From positions 122,730-186,729 of the forward strand of contig CAXBMO010000012.1 in NCBI GenBank assembly GCA_963977015.1: a DNA stretch of 64,000 nucleotides. The letters run 5' to 3'. The DNA comes from an uncultured bacterium. GTDB taxonomy: Bacteria; Verrucomicrobiota; Verrucomicrobiia; Verrucomicrobiales; DEV007. Every line of letters starts with the position of its first letter. The stretch's first letter is position 1. Shown one piece after another: positions 19,096 through 29,226 of this stretch. The position numbers and the translations under genes were made by a program. Below the pieces are notes generated by a model. That model saw only the letters and a list, made by a program, of their open reading frames with translations. It was not told the origin of the DNA and did no database searches.

Positions 19096-21576
19096 ATGCA
19101 TGCTGTGAAATCCCTTTCCCTGTCGATCTTCCTCATTGCGTTTTCCCTTTCGGCGTCCGCTCAGGAAGACCTGGCGAAACGGATGGAGGATGCGATCGCG
19201 CTGATGCGTTCCAGCGGTCAGGCCCAACCGCAAATTCTGGTGCCGATGCTGACTTCGTGCGCGGAGGGTTACATCCAGAAGAAGGAATTCAAGACGGCGC
19301 TGGCGCGAGTCGAGGAGGCGTTGGGGCTCGCGCTCAAACACGATATCGATCCGACATCGACGTTCTTCACGGCATCCAAGATTCTCAATACCGTCGATGA
19401 TGAGCTTGCGACGCAGTTCCTCCAGAAGCAACTCGAAGCCCCGAACGCATCGAACCAATATAAGAAGGGTGTGCTGAAGGCGCTGGACCTGCATTTGGCG
19501 ATCAACGGGGATCAAAAGCTGGCGATCCAGGCCGGCTACCAGTTGTGGCGCATCACCGCGGAGGAGAATCCGGGTAGCGAGGAAGAATTCTGGGCCAGGT
19601 TCAAATTTGGGAACCATTGTCTGACGGGAAAGCTTTTTGATGTGGCGATGCCGACGTTGAAGGAGGTGCGAACGATGGCGCTGGAGATGAAGCGGCCGGA
19701 TCTGGCGGCGCACTGTTCTCGCGCCTTTGGTTTTGCGCTCGCGGCGGAAGGCGAATACGAACAGGCGCTGGATTTATTTCAGGAGGTTGTGACGTTCACC
19801 CAGGGTTCTCAGAATGAGCAGGCGATGATGGGCTTCGAGTTGGGAAACGTCGCCACGGTCCAGCTTCAGCTCAATCAGCTCGATGCGGCCGAAGAAACGA
19901 TCAAGAAGATCCAGTCGCTGGCCCGGAATGAGATCGAAGAAGGCATCTCTGCTTCCATGGTGGCGGCGCTGGAACTGAAACGCGCATTGGCGCAGGCGGG
20001 GAGAAGGGGGCCCGATCTCAAGGCCGCGATCGCAGCTCAGGAGAAAGCGGTAGCCGCGAAACTCAAGAACAACGCTGCGGGCGAAGCCTTCGCGCTGCTT
20101 GGCGCCACCCAGGATCATGTGGCGCTGGCGGCGATGCGGCTCTTGGCGAACGACCTGGACGGAGCGGAAGCCGCTCTCAAGATGGCTGCGAAAGGGGCCG
20201 ACGCGTGGGAAGAAAATTCGCGCGATGCGCAAAAGGCCGCTGTTTTCAGCGCGGACCGGGTCAACCTGTCGATGGGGGATCTCCGCGCCGCGATCTATGA
20301 GTTTCAGCAGCAGATCGAGATTCGCCGCAAGGATGTGGTGCAGGCGTTGGTGACCGCGGAGAACGGTCGTGGAGCTGCCCAGGCGGAATTGCTCAAGGAG
20401 AAGCTGGGGCTCGCGCCGTCTGAGCGCGTCGTCAAGCAATACACGACGAAGGACATCGGTCAGGTTGCCAAAGATCACCGCACCACGCTTGTGGTTTATT
20501 CGTTGGCCCACGTTCTGGCGCCCGACACCCGGCGCTTCTTCACTCCGCAAGACCGGGTTCAACATCCGCAGAATTTGCTGACTTGGATCATTCAACCGGA
20601 CGGAAAGCTGACGTTTCATTCGACCGAATTAACCGGTCCGATCTCCACGCTTGTCGAATTGGCTCGGGCCCAAATCACCGCGCCAGACGACAAGAAACCG
20701 GAGGGCGATCCCTTGCGCGATCTCGCCAAACTGCTCATCGATCCCATCCGAAAGCAGTTGCCCAAGCAAGAAAACTCCCTCGTGACCTTCATTCCGCAGG
20801 GCGAACTGTTCCTTGTGCCGTTCGCTGCGTTGCCCGACAAGAATGGCGAATCACTCATCGACCGCTATGTGATTGGCATGTCGCCTTCGATCGAGCTGCT
20901 CAACCTCGCCGCGATCCAGAAACAGGCCGTTGCCAAAGTCGGGAATCAGGAGATTCTCATCGTCGGCAATCCCAAAATGCCGGGCTACAAGAGTCGTCCG
21001 GATCGCGAGGCTCACGAGCTCAGCCCTTTGCCGGGCGCGGAGCGCGAAGCCAAATTTCTAGCCAACGGGTTGGGTGTCGAGCCGCTCATTGGCGATGCTG
21101 CCACTGAAGTCGCGGTTGCCGCCCGCATGGGATCGGCGCGCTTTCTCCATTTCGCCACTCACGGGCTGCTCGAAGCTGGTAACGCCTACAATCAGCCCTT
21201 TCTCTCCGCGCTCGCCTTCGCCGCTGGTGAGGGTGAAGACGGTTTCCTCACGGTCAAAGAAACTTCGCGCATGAAACTCCACGCGGAACTCGCCGTTCTC
21301 AGCGCCTGCGACACCGGTCGGGGCCGAATCAGCGGCGACGGGGTGATTGGCCTTTCACGCGGCTACATTACCGCCGGTGTTCCCTCGGTGGTTGTTTCCC
21401 TCTGGCCAGTCAACGACCAGGCGACTGCCATTCTCATGGCCAACTACTACAAATCGATGATGGCCGACAATCTTCCCAAAGCCGCTGCCCTTCGCCAAGC
21501 CATCCTCCAAGTGAAAGAGCAGTATCCGGACCCCAAGCTTTGGGCTCCGTTCGTTCACTACGGGTTGGCGTATTAG
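19096..21576 (+). CDS. CHAT-domain (caspase-like) protease with TPR-like helical N-terminus and a signal peptide
   Basis: FIPQGELFLVPFAAL, LPGAEREA, catalytic HFATHG and LSACDTG, VVVSLWPVND, WAPFVHYG; N-terminal MHAVKSLSLSIFLIAFSLSASA. Confidence 0.9.
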   Translation: MHAVKSLSLSIFLIAFSLSASAQEDLAKRMEDAIALMRSSGQAQPQILVPMLTSCAEGYIQKKEFKTALARVEEALGLALKHDIDPTSTFFTASKILNTVDDELATQFLQKQLEAPNASNQYKKGVLKALDLHLAINGDQKLAIQAGYQLWRITAEENPGSEEEFWARFKFGNHCLTGKLFDVAMPTLKEVRTMALEMKRPDLAAHCSRAFGFALAAEGEYEQALDLFQEVVTFTQGSQNEQAMMGFELGNVATVQLQLNQLDAAEETIKKIQSLARNEIEEGISASMVAALELKRALAQAGRRGPDLKAAIAAQEKAVAAKLKNNAAGEAFALLGATQDHVALAAMRLLANDLDGAEAALKMAAKGADAWEENSRDAQKAAVFSADRVNLSMGDLRAAIYEFQQQIEIRRKDVVQALVTAENGRGAAQAELLKEKLGLAPSERVVKQYTTKDIGQVAKDHRTTLVVYSLAHVLAPDTRRFFTPQDRVQHPQNLLTWIIQPDGKLTFHSTELTGPISTLVELARAQITAPDDKKPEGDPLRDLAKLLIDPIRKQLPKQENSLVTFIPQGELFLVPFAALPDKNGESLIDRYVIGMSPSIELLNLAAIQKQAVAKVGNQEILIVGNPKMPGYKSRPDREAHELSPLPGAEREAKFLANGLGVEPLIGDAATEVAVAARMGSARFLHFATHGLLEAGNAYNQPFLSALAFAAGEGEDGFLTVKETSRMKLHAELAVLSACDTGRGRISGDGVIGLSRGYITAGVPSVVVSLWPVNDQATAILMANYYKSMMADNLPKAAALRQAILQVKEQYPDPKLWAPFVHYGLAY

Positions 21577-21582
21577 CCTCAA

Positions 21583-21927
21583 TCAGTCCTTCACAATCTT
21601 CCCACCAATTCCGAGCACCGTCGCATTCTGCTTCGCGGCTTCGGCTTCCGCGATTTGGCCGTCCTGCACGTACATCTGGGAAAGCGCGGTCCACGCCAAC
21701 TGATCGTTGGGGCAGAGGGTCGTTGCCTGGAGGGCGGCGCCGATTGCGGGCTTGATCTGGTCGGCCTTCATCAAGGCCATGCCGAGGGCGTGCCAGCCGT
21801 CGAAAAACTCGGGATCAAGCTCGACGCATTTCCGATACTTCTCGATCGCGGCTTCGAGATCGCCGACCGCGAGATCACCGTTCGCATCGTCGAACAGATC
21901 GTCACGCTCTGAGGTATCGTTGCTCAT
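21583..21927 (-). CDS. Tetratricopeptide repeat protein
   Basis: AIEKYRKCVELDPEFFDGWHALGMAL...P.DQLAWTALS TPR pattern; directly downstream of the PpiD-like gene. Confidence 0.85.
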   Translation of the reverse strand: MSNDTSERDDLFDDANGDLAVGDLEAAIEKYRKCVELDPEFFDGWHALGMALMKADQIKPAIGAALQATTLCPNDQLAWTALSQMYVQDGQIAEAEAAKQNATVLGIGGKIVKD

Positions 21928-21932
21928 GAACT

Positions 21933-23522
21933 TCAGCCTCGGGCGAACTCTTCCAAGCTCATCGCTTCAAGCTCGCCGTCTGGTCCCTTCATCATGGGAG
22001 GGGTTGGGTTTGCGGCCTCAACCCGCGCCTGGAACCAAGCGCGGAAGGCCTGCTCCGAGGAAAAGGCGTCCATGCTGTCGGCGATGCGCTGACGATCTTC
22101 CGGCTCGGTTTCGCGCGCTGGCAGGCTCCGGTCGGCGAGGTAGGCGAGCAACACTCCGTCGACCAGTGATTCCGGCTCGGAAAGCTCACCCGCTTCGAGA
22201 TCGAAGGCGACGCGCGCCAGGGTCGAGGCAAAATCCGTGCCTTCCGGCGATTCGGTCCGGCTGAACGGCTTGGGGCTGACCACTTCGTAACCGGCGGCCT
22301 TGGCTGCGGTTGGGAAATCGGTGCCTTCCTTGAGGTTTGCGAGAATTTTTTTACGCGCTTCCGCCGCTGCATTGTCGAGGCGGGAGTTGATTTCCTGCTC
22401 GGTCAGCGTTTGAACGATTTCGTCCTTCGCGTCTTCGAGCGTCTTCTGCGCGCGATCGACAACATCGACGATCCAGAACATGTAGATCGCCTTTTCTTCG
22501 TCAGCCGCCAACAACTTGTCGGCTCCGTCGGCTTCGGGATCCGCGGAAAACGCAGCCCGAACCAACTCCGGATGTTCGATCAACTCTTCCGGAGGATCAA
22601 GCTGGGCAAAGGCCGCGACCGTCTTCACCTTGTCGCCCTGGGTTGCGACCGCCTCTTCAAAGGTCTTTCCTTCATCGTCCATTTCCGCGACCAACATCTT
22701 GTAGGTCTCGTTGAACTCCTTGGCTTTCTCGTTGCGGCGCGCCTCAAACTCTTCGTCGGTTTCCTCTTCCTTCTTCTCTTCCTTGGCGAACTTGATGTAG
22801 GCGATCGAGCGCTTGGGATCGGAGAACAGGCTGTCCCGATTCTCGTCGTAGTAGGCCTGGATCGCTTCATCGGTGATTTCGATTCCGTCGGTGTAATCGT
22901 CCCGCTTCAGAACGACCTGATGAGCGGTGAACGTCTCGTATTGAGCCTCGTAAATCTGATCGATCTCCCACTTCGTCGGGCGATGACCAGAGGCGACCAG
23001 CTCGCGCAACTTGTTGTATTTGATGGAATCACCAACAATGGCGTAGAGATCCGATTCGGTCTTGGAATAGCGGCCCAGCTCGTTGGTGAGGTAATTCTGG
23101 TAGAATGTGGGGTCGAACTGATTGGTGGCCGGGTTCTGGAATTTGGGCAGTGACCGAATCACGTCCTGAATTTCCTTGGCCGAGGGTTCGATGCCCAATC
23201 GCTTGGCCTCGTTGCGAAGAACGATCAAGTTGGCCACAAACTGGGTGCGATCGGACGTATTGCCCGAAAGCGCTGCGGCAAATTCACCGAGCGGACTGGG
23301 CTGATACATGGAGGCGCCCATGCCGAGGTCGTAACGGGCAATGTTGAAATTGGTCGCGATGCGGAGCGCATCGGGGATGCGGTAGGTGACGCCATCGACG
23401 GTCATCTTTGCGGCGCTCGTTGCCGGCTCATAACGGTTGTAGAGCCAGGCGAAGGCAACACAGATGATTGCCGTAACGATGACAAGAACGACTTTTTGGA
23501 CTTTGCGGATGGACGTGAGCAT
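21933..23522 (-). CDS. SurA N-terminal domain / PpiD-like periplasmic chaperone
   Basis: MLTSIRK plus N-terminal TM; EAKRLGI...IRSLPKFQ...FD...Y; ITDEAIQAYYDEN...F...P.R; AFDLEAGELSEP. Confidence 0.75.
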   Translation of the reverse strand: MLTSIRKVQKVVLVIVTAIICVAFAWLYNRYEPATSAAKMTVDGVTYRIPDALRIATNFNIARYDLGMGASMYQPSPLGEFAAALSGNTSDRTQFVANLIVLRNEAKRLGIEPSAKEIQDVIRSLPKFQNPATNQFDPTFYQNYLTNELGRYSKTESDLYAIVGDSIKYNKLRELVASGHRPTKWEIDQIYEAQYETFTAHQVVLKRDDYTDGIEITDEAIQAYYDENRDSLFSDPKRSIAYIKFAKEEKKEEETDEEFEARRNEKAKEFNETYKMLVAEMDDEGKTFEEAVATQGDKVKTVAAFAQLDPPEELIEHPELVRAAFSADPEADGADKLLAADEEKAIYMFWIVDVVDRAQKTLEDAKDEIVQTLTEQEINSRLDNAAAEARKKILANLKEGTDFPTAAKAAGYEVVSPKPFSRTESPEGTDFASTLARVAFDLEAGELSEPESLVDGVLLAYLADRSLPARETEPEDRQRIADSMDAFSSEQAFRAWFQARVEAANPTPPMMKGPDGELEAMSLEEFARG

Positions 23523-23633
23523 GTTCGCGAATGCGGGGTAAGGGCTGAGCCGTTTACTGACGGAAGAAAACGACGGAACTCAACCGGAAATTGGTGTTGT
23601 TCTGGCGAAATCGCCCCCTCGTAGGGGGCTGGA

Positions 23634-25076
23634 CTAGGCCTTGGGCTTCTTTGGGCTCCGCTTCCCGACTACTGTGGCGCGTTTGGGATCAAAGTTGGGG
23701 TTTTCGGTCGGCATTTGGGCAGCGACGTCGATTCGCCACTGCTTGAGTTTCTGGTGAAGCTCGCTCGCGACTTCGGGGCGTTGCGCCGCGAGATTGGTGG
23801 ATTCGCCGGGATCGGTGGCCAGATCGTAGAGCTCCAGATCGCCGGTTTCGTGAAACTCAACGAGGCGATAGTTCTTCGAGCGAACCGTGCTGTAAGGACT
23901 GTCGCCACCGGCGTGGTAATGCGGAAAATGCCAATAGAGCTCGCGATTGAACTTCGTATCCGGCTTGCGGAAGAGGGGCGTGAGACTGACGCCGTCGATG
24001 GACGCATTGTGGTTGGCGTCTCCCTCAATCCCGGCGATTTCGAGCAGGGTGGGGTAGAAGTCGATCCCCATGACGGGTTCGTCGCAAACGCTGCCGGCTG
24101 GTGTGACGCCCGGCCACTTGACGATGAGTGGCACCCGGACGCCGCCTTCGTAAGCCGAGCCTTTTCCGCGCCGGAGCGGCAGGTTCTCGGTGAAGTTGTC
24201 GTGAACGCCATAGCGTTGGGTGAGACCGCCGTTGTCCGAGGTGAAGATGACGATGGTTTCGTCGGCGATTCCTTGTGCTTCCAACGCGTCGAGAACGCGG
24301 CCCACCGCCAGATCCATGCTCTTGACCATCGCGGCGTAAACCGGATTGCGATGCACCGCGTCGGGATCGACTTTCCTCTCGAAGTCGGCGACGAGGTCGT
24401 CCCGGCCCTGGATCGGTGTGTGGGGAACGTGAAACGCGAAGTAGAGGAAGAACGGATCGTCGCTCGGCTTCGAGATCTGCTCGACGGCGAGATCCGCGAG
24501 GTGATCGGTCAGGTAATTCGTTTTCTTGCCGAGCTTCTTCACCACATCCTCGGCAAGGTAGTAACCCTTGGTCCTGGGAGGTTTGTCTTCGCTGGAATCA
24601 AAGCCGTGCCGCGTGGGATCGGCAGGTTTCCCAGGATAATTGAGGTGCCATTTGCCGACGTGAAGCGTGCGATAGCCGCCTTGCTTCAGCGCCTCGGCCA
24701 CGGTGGTGAGATTCGGATCGAGCCCCTTGTTCCAATCAGGGATGTTCATCCGGGCGAACGGTCGATCCTGACCCGGAATGAAGCTGGTGAGGTGAAGTCT
24801 GGCCGGATACATCCCGGTCATGAGAGCGGCCCGAGAAGGAGAGCAAACGGTGCAGGCGGCATACGCATCGGTGAACTTCATGCCGTCTTCGGCGAGCCGA
24901 TCGAGGTTCGGGGTTTCGTAAAAATCGCTACCGAAACAGCGTAAGCCGGTCCAGCCGAGGTCATCGGCGAGAAAGAGCACGACGTTCGGGCGATCGCCGG
25001 CCGTCGCGGTAACGATGGGCAGGGTTGCCAGCGCCCAGACTGCGACCGCCAGGGCGAAAAGGGGTTGGGGTTTCAT
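23634..25076 (-). CDS. Sulfatase (formylglycine-dependent)
   Basis: RPNVVLFLADDLG, CSPSRAALMTG, GKWHL, SDNGG, RRGKGSAYEGGVRVP. Real start at MKPQPLF (signal peptide), not at 27101. Confidence 0.92.
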   Translation of the reverse strand: MKPQPLFALAVAVWALATLPIVTATAGDRPNVVLFLADDLGWTGLRCFGSDFYETPNLDRLAEDGMKFTDAYAACTVCSPSRAALMTGMYPARLHLTSFIPGQDRPFARMNIPDWNKGLDPNLTTVAEALKQGGYRTLHVGKWHLNYPGKPADPTRHGFDSSEDKPPRTKGYYLAEDVVKKLGKKTNYLTDHLADLAVEQISKPSDDPFFLYFAFHVPHTPIQGRDDLVADFERKVDPDAVHRNPVYAAMVKSMDLAVGRVLDALEAQGIADETIVIFTSDNGGLTQRYGVHDNFTENLPLRRGKGSAYEGGVRVPLIVKWPGVTPAGSVCDEPVMGIDFYPTLLEIAGIEGDANHNASIDGVSLTPLFRKPDTKFNRELYWHFPHYHAGGDSPYSTVRSKNYRLVEFHETGDLELYDLATDPGESTNLAAQRPEVASELHQKLKQWRIDVAAQMPTENPNFDPKRATVVGKRSPKKPKA

Positions 25077-25202
25077 GGTTCCCATGGTTGGGGCAGCCGA
25101 AAGATTGGGCAAGTGTTTTGCGCCGGCGGGAACGGGCGCGACCGCAAGAAAGTGCAAAAAGAGTTGGCCAGAGCGGCCGCATTCTGGCGTAACAAGGGGA
25201 CC

Positions 25203-26750
25203 ATGTTCAAAAACCTCCCAAACGCCGTGGTCCTCCTCGGTTGTCTGTCTGCGATTCTGGCTCAGGCAACGCTCGGAGCGCAGGACCGCCCCAACGTCAT
25301 CCTCATTTTTGCCGACGATTTGGGATCGGGGATGCTGGGAAGCCAGGGGCAGAAAATCGTTACGACCCCTCACCTCGACCAACTCGCGGCCGAAGGGATT
25401 ACCTTCACCAACTACTACGGCGGCGTGTTTTGCGCGCCCTCGCGCTGGACCTTGCACACCGGGATGCACGATGGTCGAATCGGCGGTTGGAGCCACAACC
25501 AATCCGGTCTGCTGATCCGCAATGACAAGGCAGGCGTGTCCGCTGAAGAATCCCTGAAGCTGCTCAACGAGTTCGTTCCCAAATCTTCCGCGCCAATTCC
25601 GGACCATGAGGTTTTTCTGGCTCAGGTGGCTCGGAACGCCGGCTACCGCACCGCTCAATTCGGAAAGCTCGACGTCGGGTTTCTCACCAATCACGACCGA
25701 ATCAAACGGTTCGGTTGGGATCACTACGAGGGCTACTACAGCCACTCGCGTTGTCACGGATTCTACCCACCTTACCTGTGGCGCAACGGAGAGAAATTTT
25801 TCCTCGAAGGCAACACCCGGCCCGACTGCGGAAAAATGTCGGAAAAGGGCGACGAACCGGTCGGCGAAGGCGGCCAAACCTACTCGCAAAACGTCTTCAT
25901 CGCGGGAATCCTGGACTACCTTCGCGAGAACAAGGACGAGCCCTTTTTTCTCGCGCACCCGACCCAGTTGCCACACGGGCCGGTCGCCATTCCTGAACTG
26001 CATCCCGACTTTGCCGAGGATCCGGGTTTGTCCCTCGCCGAGAAAAAATACGCCTCCATGGTCAAAATGCTGGATGACCACGTGGGTTTGATCATGAACG
26101 AGTTGAAAACCCTGGGGATCGATGACCAGACCCTCGTCGTGTTCACTTCCGACAACGGGCACGAACTCTACTACGGCCCCAAGGGAACCTTCGCAAAACG
26201 CTTCCCGGACGGCACCCCCGCCAATCTCACCGACAAGAAATGGCGCACCTCGGAATGCGGCGACGTTTTTGATGGGGCGGGAGGAAGAGCCGGGCTCAAG
26301 CGCTCCGGTTATCAGGGCGGGATGCAGTGTCCGCTGATTGCGCGTTGGCCGGGCAAGATTGCGCCGGGCGGGAAGACCGATCATCTCAGCGCCCACTACG
26401 ACTTCATGGCGACGCTTGCCGAGGTGGTTGGTGGCGAAATTCCTTCCGGCAAAGACAGCATCTCCTACCTGCCGGTCTTGTTGGGCAAGGAACAGGCGGA
26501 GGTGCATGATCACGTCGTCGTGAACAACAACTTCTCGAGAATGGGACGCAGCGCATTGATCACGAACGAGGGTTGGAAGTTGATCGAGATTGATCGCGGG
26601 AAAAATCACTATCAATTGTACAACCTCCGTGAAGACAATGAGGAACGGTTCGATCTTGCATCCACCCATCCCGAACGGGTTGCGAGTTTGAAGAAGGTGC
26701 TTCTCGGTGAACTGGGCTCGCCTCGGCCTGACTTGGATGTGAGTCGCTGA
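25203..26750 (+). CDS. Arylsulfatase
   Basis: RPNVILIFADDLG, CAPSRWTLHTG, SDNGH, YQGGMQCPLIARWPG; signal peptide. Confidence 0.92.
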   Translation: MFKNLPNAVVLLGCLSAILAQATLGAQDRPNVILIFADDLGSGMLGSQGQKIVTTPHLDQLAAEGITFTNYYGGVFCAPSRWTLHTGMHDGRIGGWSHNQSGLLIRNDKAGVSAEESLKLLNEFVPKSSAPIPDHEVFLAQVARNAGYRTAQFGKLDVGFLTNHDRIKRFGWDHYEGYYSHSRCHGFYPPYLWRNGEKFFLEGNTRPDCGKMSEKGDEPVGEGGQTYSQNVFIAGILDYLRENKDEPFFLAHPTQLPHGPVAIPELHPDFAEDPGLSLAEKKYASMVKMLDDHVGLIMNELKTLGIDDQTLVVFTSDNGHELYYGPKGTFAKRFPDGTPANLTDKKWRTSECGDVFDGAGGRAGLKRSGYQGGMQCPLIARWPGKIAPGGKTDHLSAHYDFMATLAEVVGGEIPSGKDSISYLPVLLGKEQAEVHDHVVVNNNFSRMGRSALITNEGWKLIEIDRGKNHYQLYNLREDNEERFDLASTHPERVASLKKVLLGELGSPRPDLDVSR

Positions 26751-26780
26751 GCCGTCGAATCGGTTGCCGCGATCCACCTG

Positions 26781-27043
26781 CGCGTCAGCGTCCGGGAGTG
26801 CGGAGGCAAGCGCTAGCGCCGACTCCGCTTTCGAACGGCTCCCAAAACGTGGAACGCCAAACCCCTCCTCTGGTCCTGGAATCTTGCGCCACCATCCCGA
26901 AGCGGCGCCCCCGAGAAACGCTGCCGCTCTGAAGTCTGGCCAGGGTGCCATCGGAGGAGCGATGAGAATATTCGCAACTTCTTCCTCGCCACGTAAGCGG
27001 AGTCGGCGCGTTGCTTGCCTCCGCACTCCCGGACGCTGGCGCG
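26781..27043. repeat. REPIN-like element: ~50-bp inverted arms (26781-26830 and 26995-27043) around a ~165-bp spacer
   Basis: Left arm CGCGTCAGCGTCCGGGAGTGCGGAGGCAAGCGCTAGCGCCGACTCCGCTT; reverse complement of right arm CGCGCCAGCGTCCGGGAGTGCGGAGGCAAGCAACGCGCCGACTCCGCTT. Confidence 0.85.
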
Positions 27044-27063
27044 AATCATGAGGCGCTTTATCG

Positions 27064-27639
27064 TCATCCGCGATAGACGTCGAAGTCGTCTTCGGCCTCA
27101 AGCCGGTCGGTCTTGAAACGGTAGATCGAGGTGACCATGGCGGGGGAGGCGGTTCGCTCGAACCACGATGCCGAGCACCAGGGGTATTGATTCGCGACCG
27201 GAACGAGTTCGTGTTTCACGGCGTTGTGATGCACGTAGTTGAGCCGGGCGAGGTAGGAGCGCTGCCGGGTGAGCCGCAACTCCCAGTAGTTGTGCCAGAC
27301 CTGGCGACCCGGGGTGTCATCCAGCAGGTTCATCGCTTCCGCGGTGCCCGAATGGAGTTGCCCGAGGAACGTTGGGAGCGATTCAGCGCCGGATTCCGCC
27401 TTCGGCGAGTGCGCCACAAAGTGGTAGTGGTTGGAAAAGACAGCCCACGCTTCCAGTTGCCAGCCAAAGTGGCTCGCCTTCTCCAGCAAGGCATGGTGGA
27501 GGATGCGCAGGCGCTTCCGGCTGCGAAAAACATGGGTATGGTTGAGGGTCGCGGCCGTGATGTAGTAGGTGCCCGCTTCCTGAAGCACATGAAGCGGCGC
27601 ATGAGGCCAGGGCAGCGTTTCTGATTCCTCCTCCGGCAT
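27064..27639 (-). mobile_element. REP-associated tyrosine transposase (RAYT, Y1_Tnp), copy 2
   Basis: WPHAPLH, YYITA, WAVFSNHYHFV (HUH), NYVHHNAVKHELV...YPWCSA; clear paralog of 4620-5213; adjacent to the REPIN. Confidence 0.87.
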
Positions 27640-27724
27640 GGGGAAGGGTGGGGAGGTGATTCAGGGTTGTCAATCCGCGCATTGACAGGCCTCATCCAAA
27701 ACGCTCAGATAGGTCACCCCACCG

Positions 27725-29158
27725 ATGATCAAAACCCTCTCCTTCTTTCTGCTGCTCTGTGGCTGCAGTCTTGTCTCTGCCAATGACGAACGCCTGAATG
27801 TTGTCTGGATCATTTCCGATGATCTGGGGCCTGAGTTGGGCTGTTACGGGTATCCGGAGGTTGCGACTCCCAATCTGGATCGGCTTGCCGCGGAGGGAAC
27901 TCGCTTCACCCGTGCGTTTTCGACGGCGCCGGTGTGTTCCTCTTCGCGAACCGCGTTTCAGACGGGGCAGTATCAAACGACGGTGGGTGGGCATCATCAC
28001 AATACCCGCGACAAGCGGGAACTCCCTGACGCGTATTCGACGATCACGGAGGTGATGCAGGACGGCGGATATTTTGTGAGCAATGGGAGAGGGCTGGCGA
28101 CGCCGGACAAGAAGCTCGCCAAATCCCACTTCAATTTCGTGTATGATGCGCGGGAGTTTTTTGATGGCGCGGATTGGACGCAGCGAGCCGAGGGACAGCC
28201 GTTTTTCGCCCAGGTTCAGATCAAGGAACCGCATCGGCCGTTTGTGAAAGACAGTCGACCTCGCCCGGATGCGCCGATTCCTCCGTATTACCCGGAACAT
28301 CCGGTGACCCGCGCGGATTGGGCGAATTATCTGGCCAGCATCGAGGTGCTGGATCGAAAGGTCGGGGCGGTGTTGGACCGGCTCGATGCCGAAGGATTGG
28401 CGGAGAACACGTTGGTGATCTTTTTTGGCGATCACGGCCGTCCGCATGTTCGCGGGAAACAGTGGCTTTACGATGGCGGGCTCCACACGCCGTTGATCAT
28501 GCGTTGGCCGGGAACAATTAAGGCGGGCCAGGTGGATGACCGCTTGGTTTCGTTGATCGATCTGATGCCGACGACGATAGCGGCGACCGGTGTCGAGGCG
28601 ATGGAGTTACCCGGAGGTGATCTGCTCGATCCGGAATGGGGCGGTCACGAAATGCTGTTCGCGGCGCGCGATCGTTGTGGTGACGCTGCGGACCGGATTC
28701 GTTCGGTCAGGACGAGCGAGTTCAAATACATTCGCAACTTCCATCCCGAGCTTCCCTATCTTCAGCACAGCGGTTACAAAAAGCTCTCGTATCCGACGGA
28801 GACGGTGATGAAGCAGTTGCATGCCGAAGGCAAATGGGACTCGCCGTTCATGGCGCAAACGCGCCCGAAAGAGGAACTCTACGATCTGACGCGCGATCCG
28901 CATGAAATGACGAATTTGGCTGAGGATCCGAAGTATGCGGAGCAGTTGGCGGCGTTGCGCGATGCGGTGAATCAGTGGATCGAAGCTTCCGGTGACATGG
29001 GGCGAATCGATGAGCGCGAGACGGTGAATCTGGAAGGCGTCATGGCCGAGAAATGGCAGTGGTATGAAAAATCGATGCGGAAACGGGGGCTGGATCCCGA
29101 TGCGTCCGATGCCGAATATTTGAAATGGTGGGAACGCGAATTGGGTGTCGCTCCGTGA
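27725..29158 (+). CDS. Sulfatase
   Basis: NVVWIISDDLG, CSSSRTAFQTG, GDHG...RGKQWLYDGG, ARDRC, EELYDL..DPHEMTNLA. Confidence 0.9.
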   Translation: MIKTLSFFLLLCGCSLVSANDERLNVVWIISDDLGPELGCYGYPEVATPNLDRLAAEGTRFTRAFSTAPVCSSSRTAFQTGQYQTTVGGHHHNTRDKRELPDAYSTITEVMQDGGYFVSNGRGLATPDKKLAKSHFNFVYDAREFFDGADWTQRAEGQPFFAQVQIKEPHRPFVKDSRPRPDAPIPPYYPEHPVTRADWANYLASIEVLDRKVGAVLDRLDAEGLAENTLVIFFGDHGRPHVRGKQWLYDGGLHTPLIMRWPGTIKAGQVDDRLVSLIDLMPTTIAATGVEAMELPGGDLLDPEWGGHEMLFAARDRCGDAADRIRSVRTSEFKYIRNFHPELPYLQHSGYKKLSYPTETVMKQLHAEGKWDSPFMAQTRPKEELYDLTRDPHEMTNLAEDPKYAEQLAALRDAVNQWIEASGDMGRIDERETVNLEGVMAEKWQWYEKSMRKRGLDPDASDAEYLKWWERELGVAP

Positions 29159-29226
29159 GCGGCTCCCCAGGACAACTCGAACGAAATTTCTCGCGCAAAC
29201 CCCATCGCTCTAGCAAACTCCCTTTT

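Noticed and set aside
23613-23629. Hairpin GCCCCCT-CGT-AGGGGGC after the sulfatase stop
   Set aside because: It lacks a convincing U-tract, so it is too weak to call a terminator.
23634-27101. 1155-aa ORF as a giant sulfatase fusion
   Set aside because: Its first ~675 codons are the antisense shadow of the + strand sulfatase 25203-26750 and the REPIN; the real gene starts at 25076 with a signal peptide.
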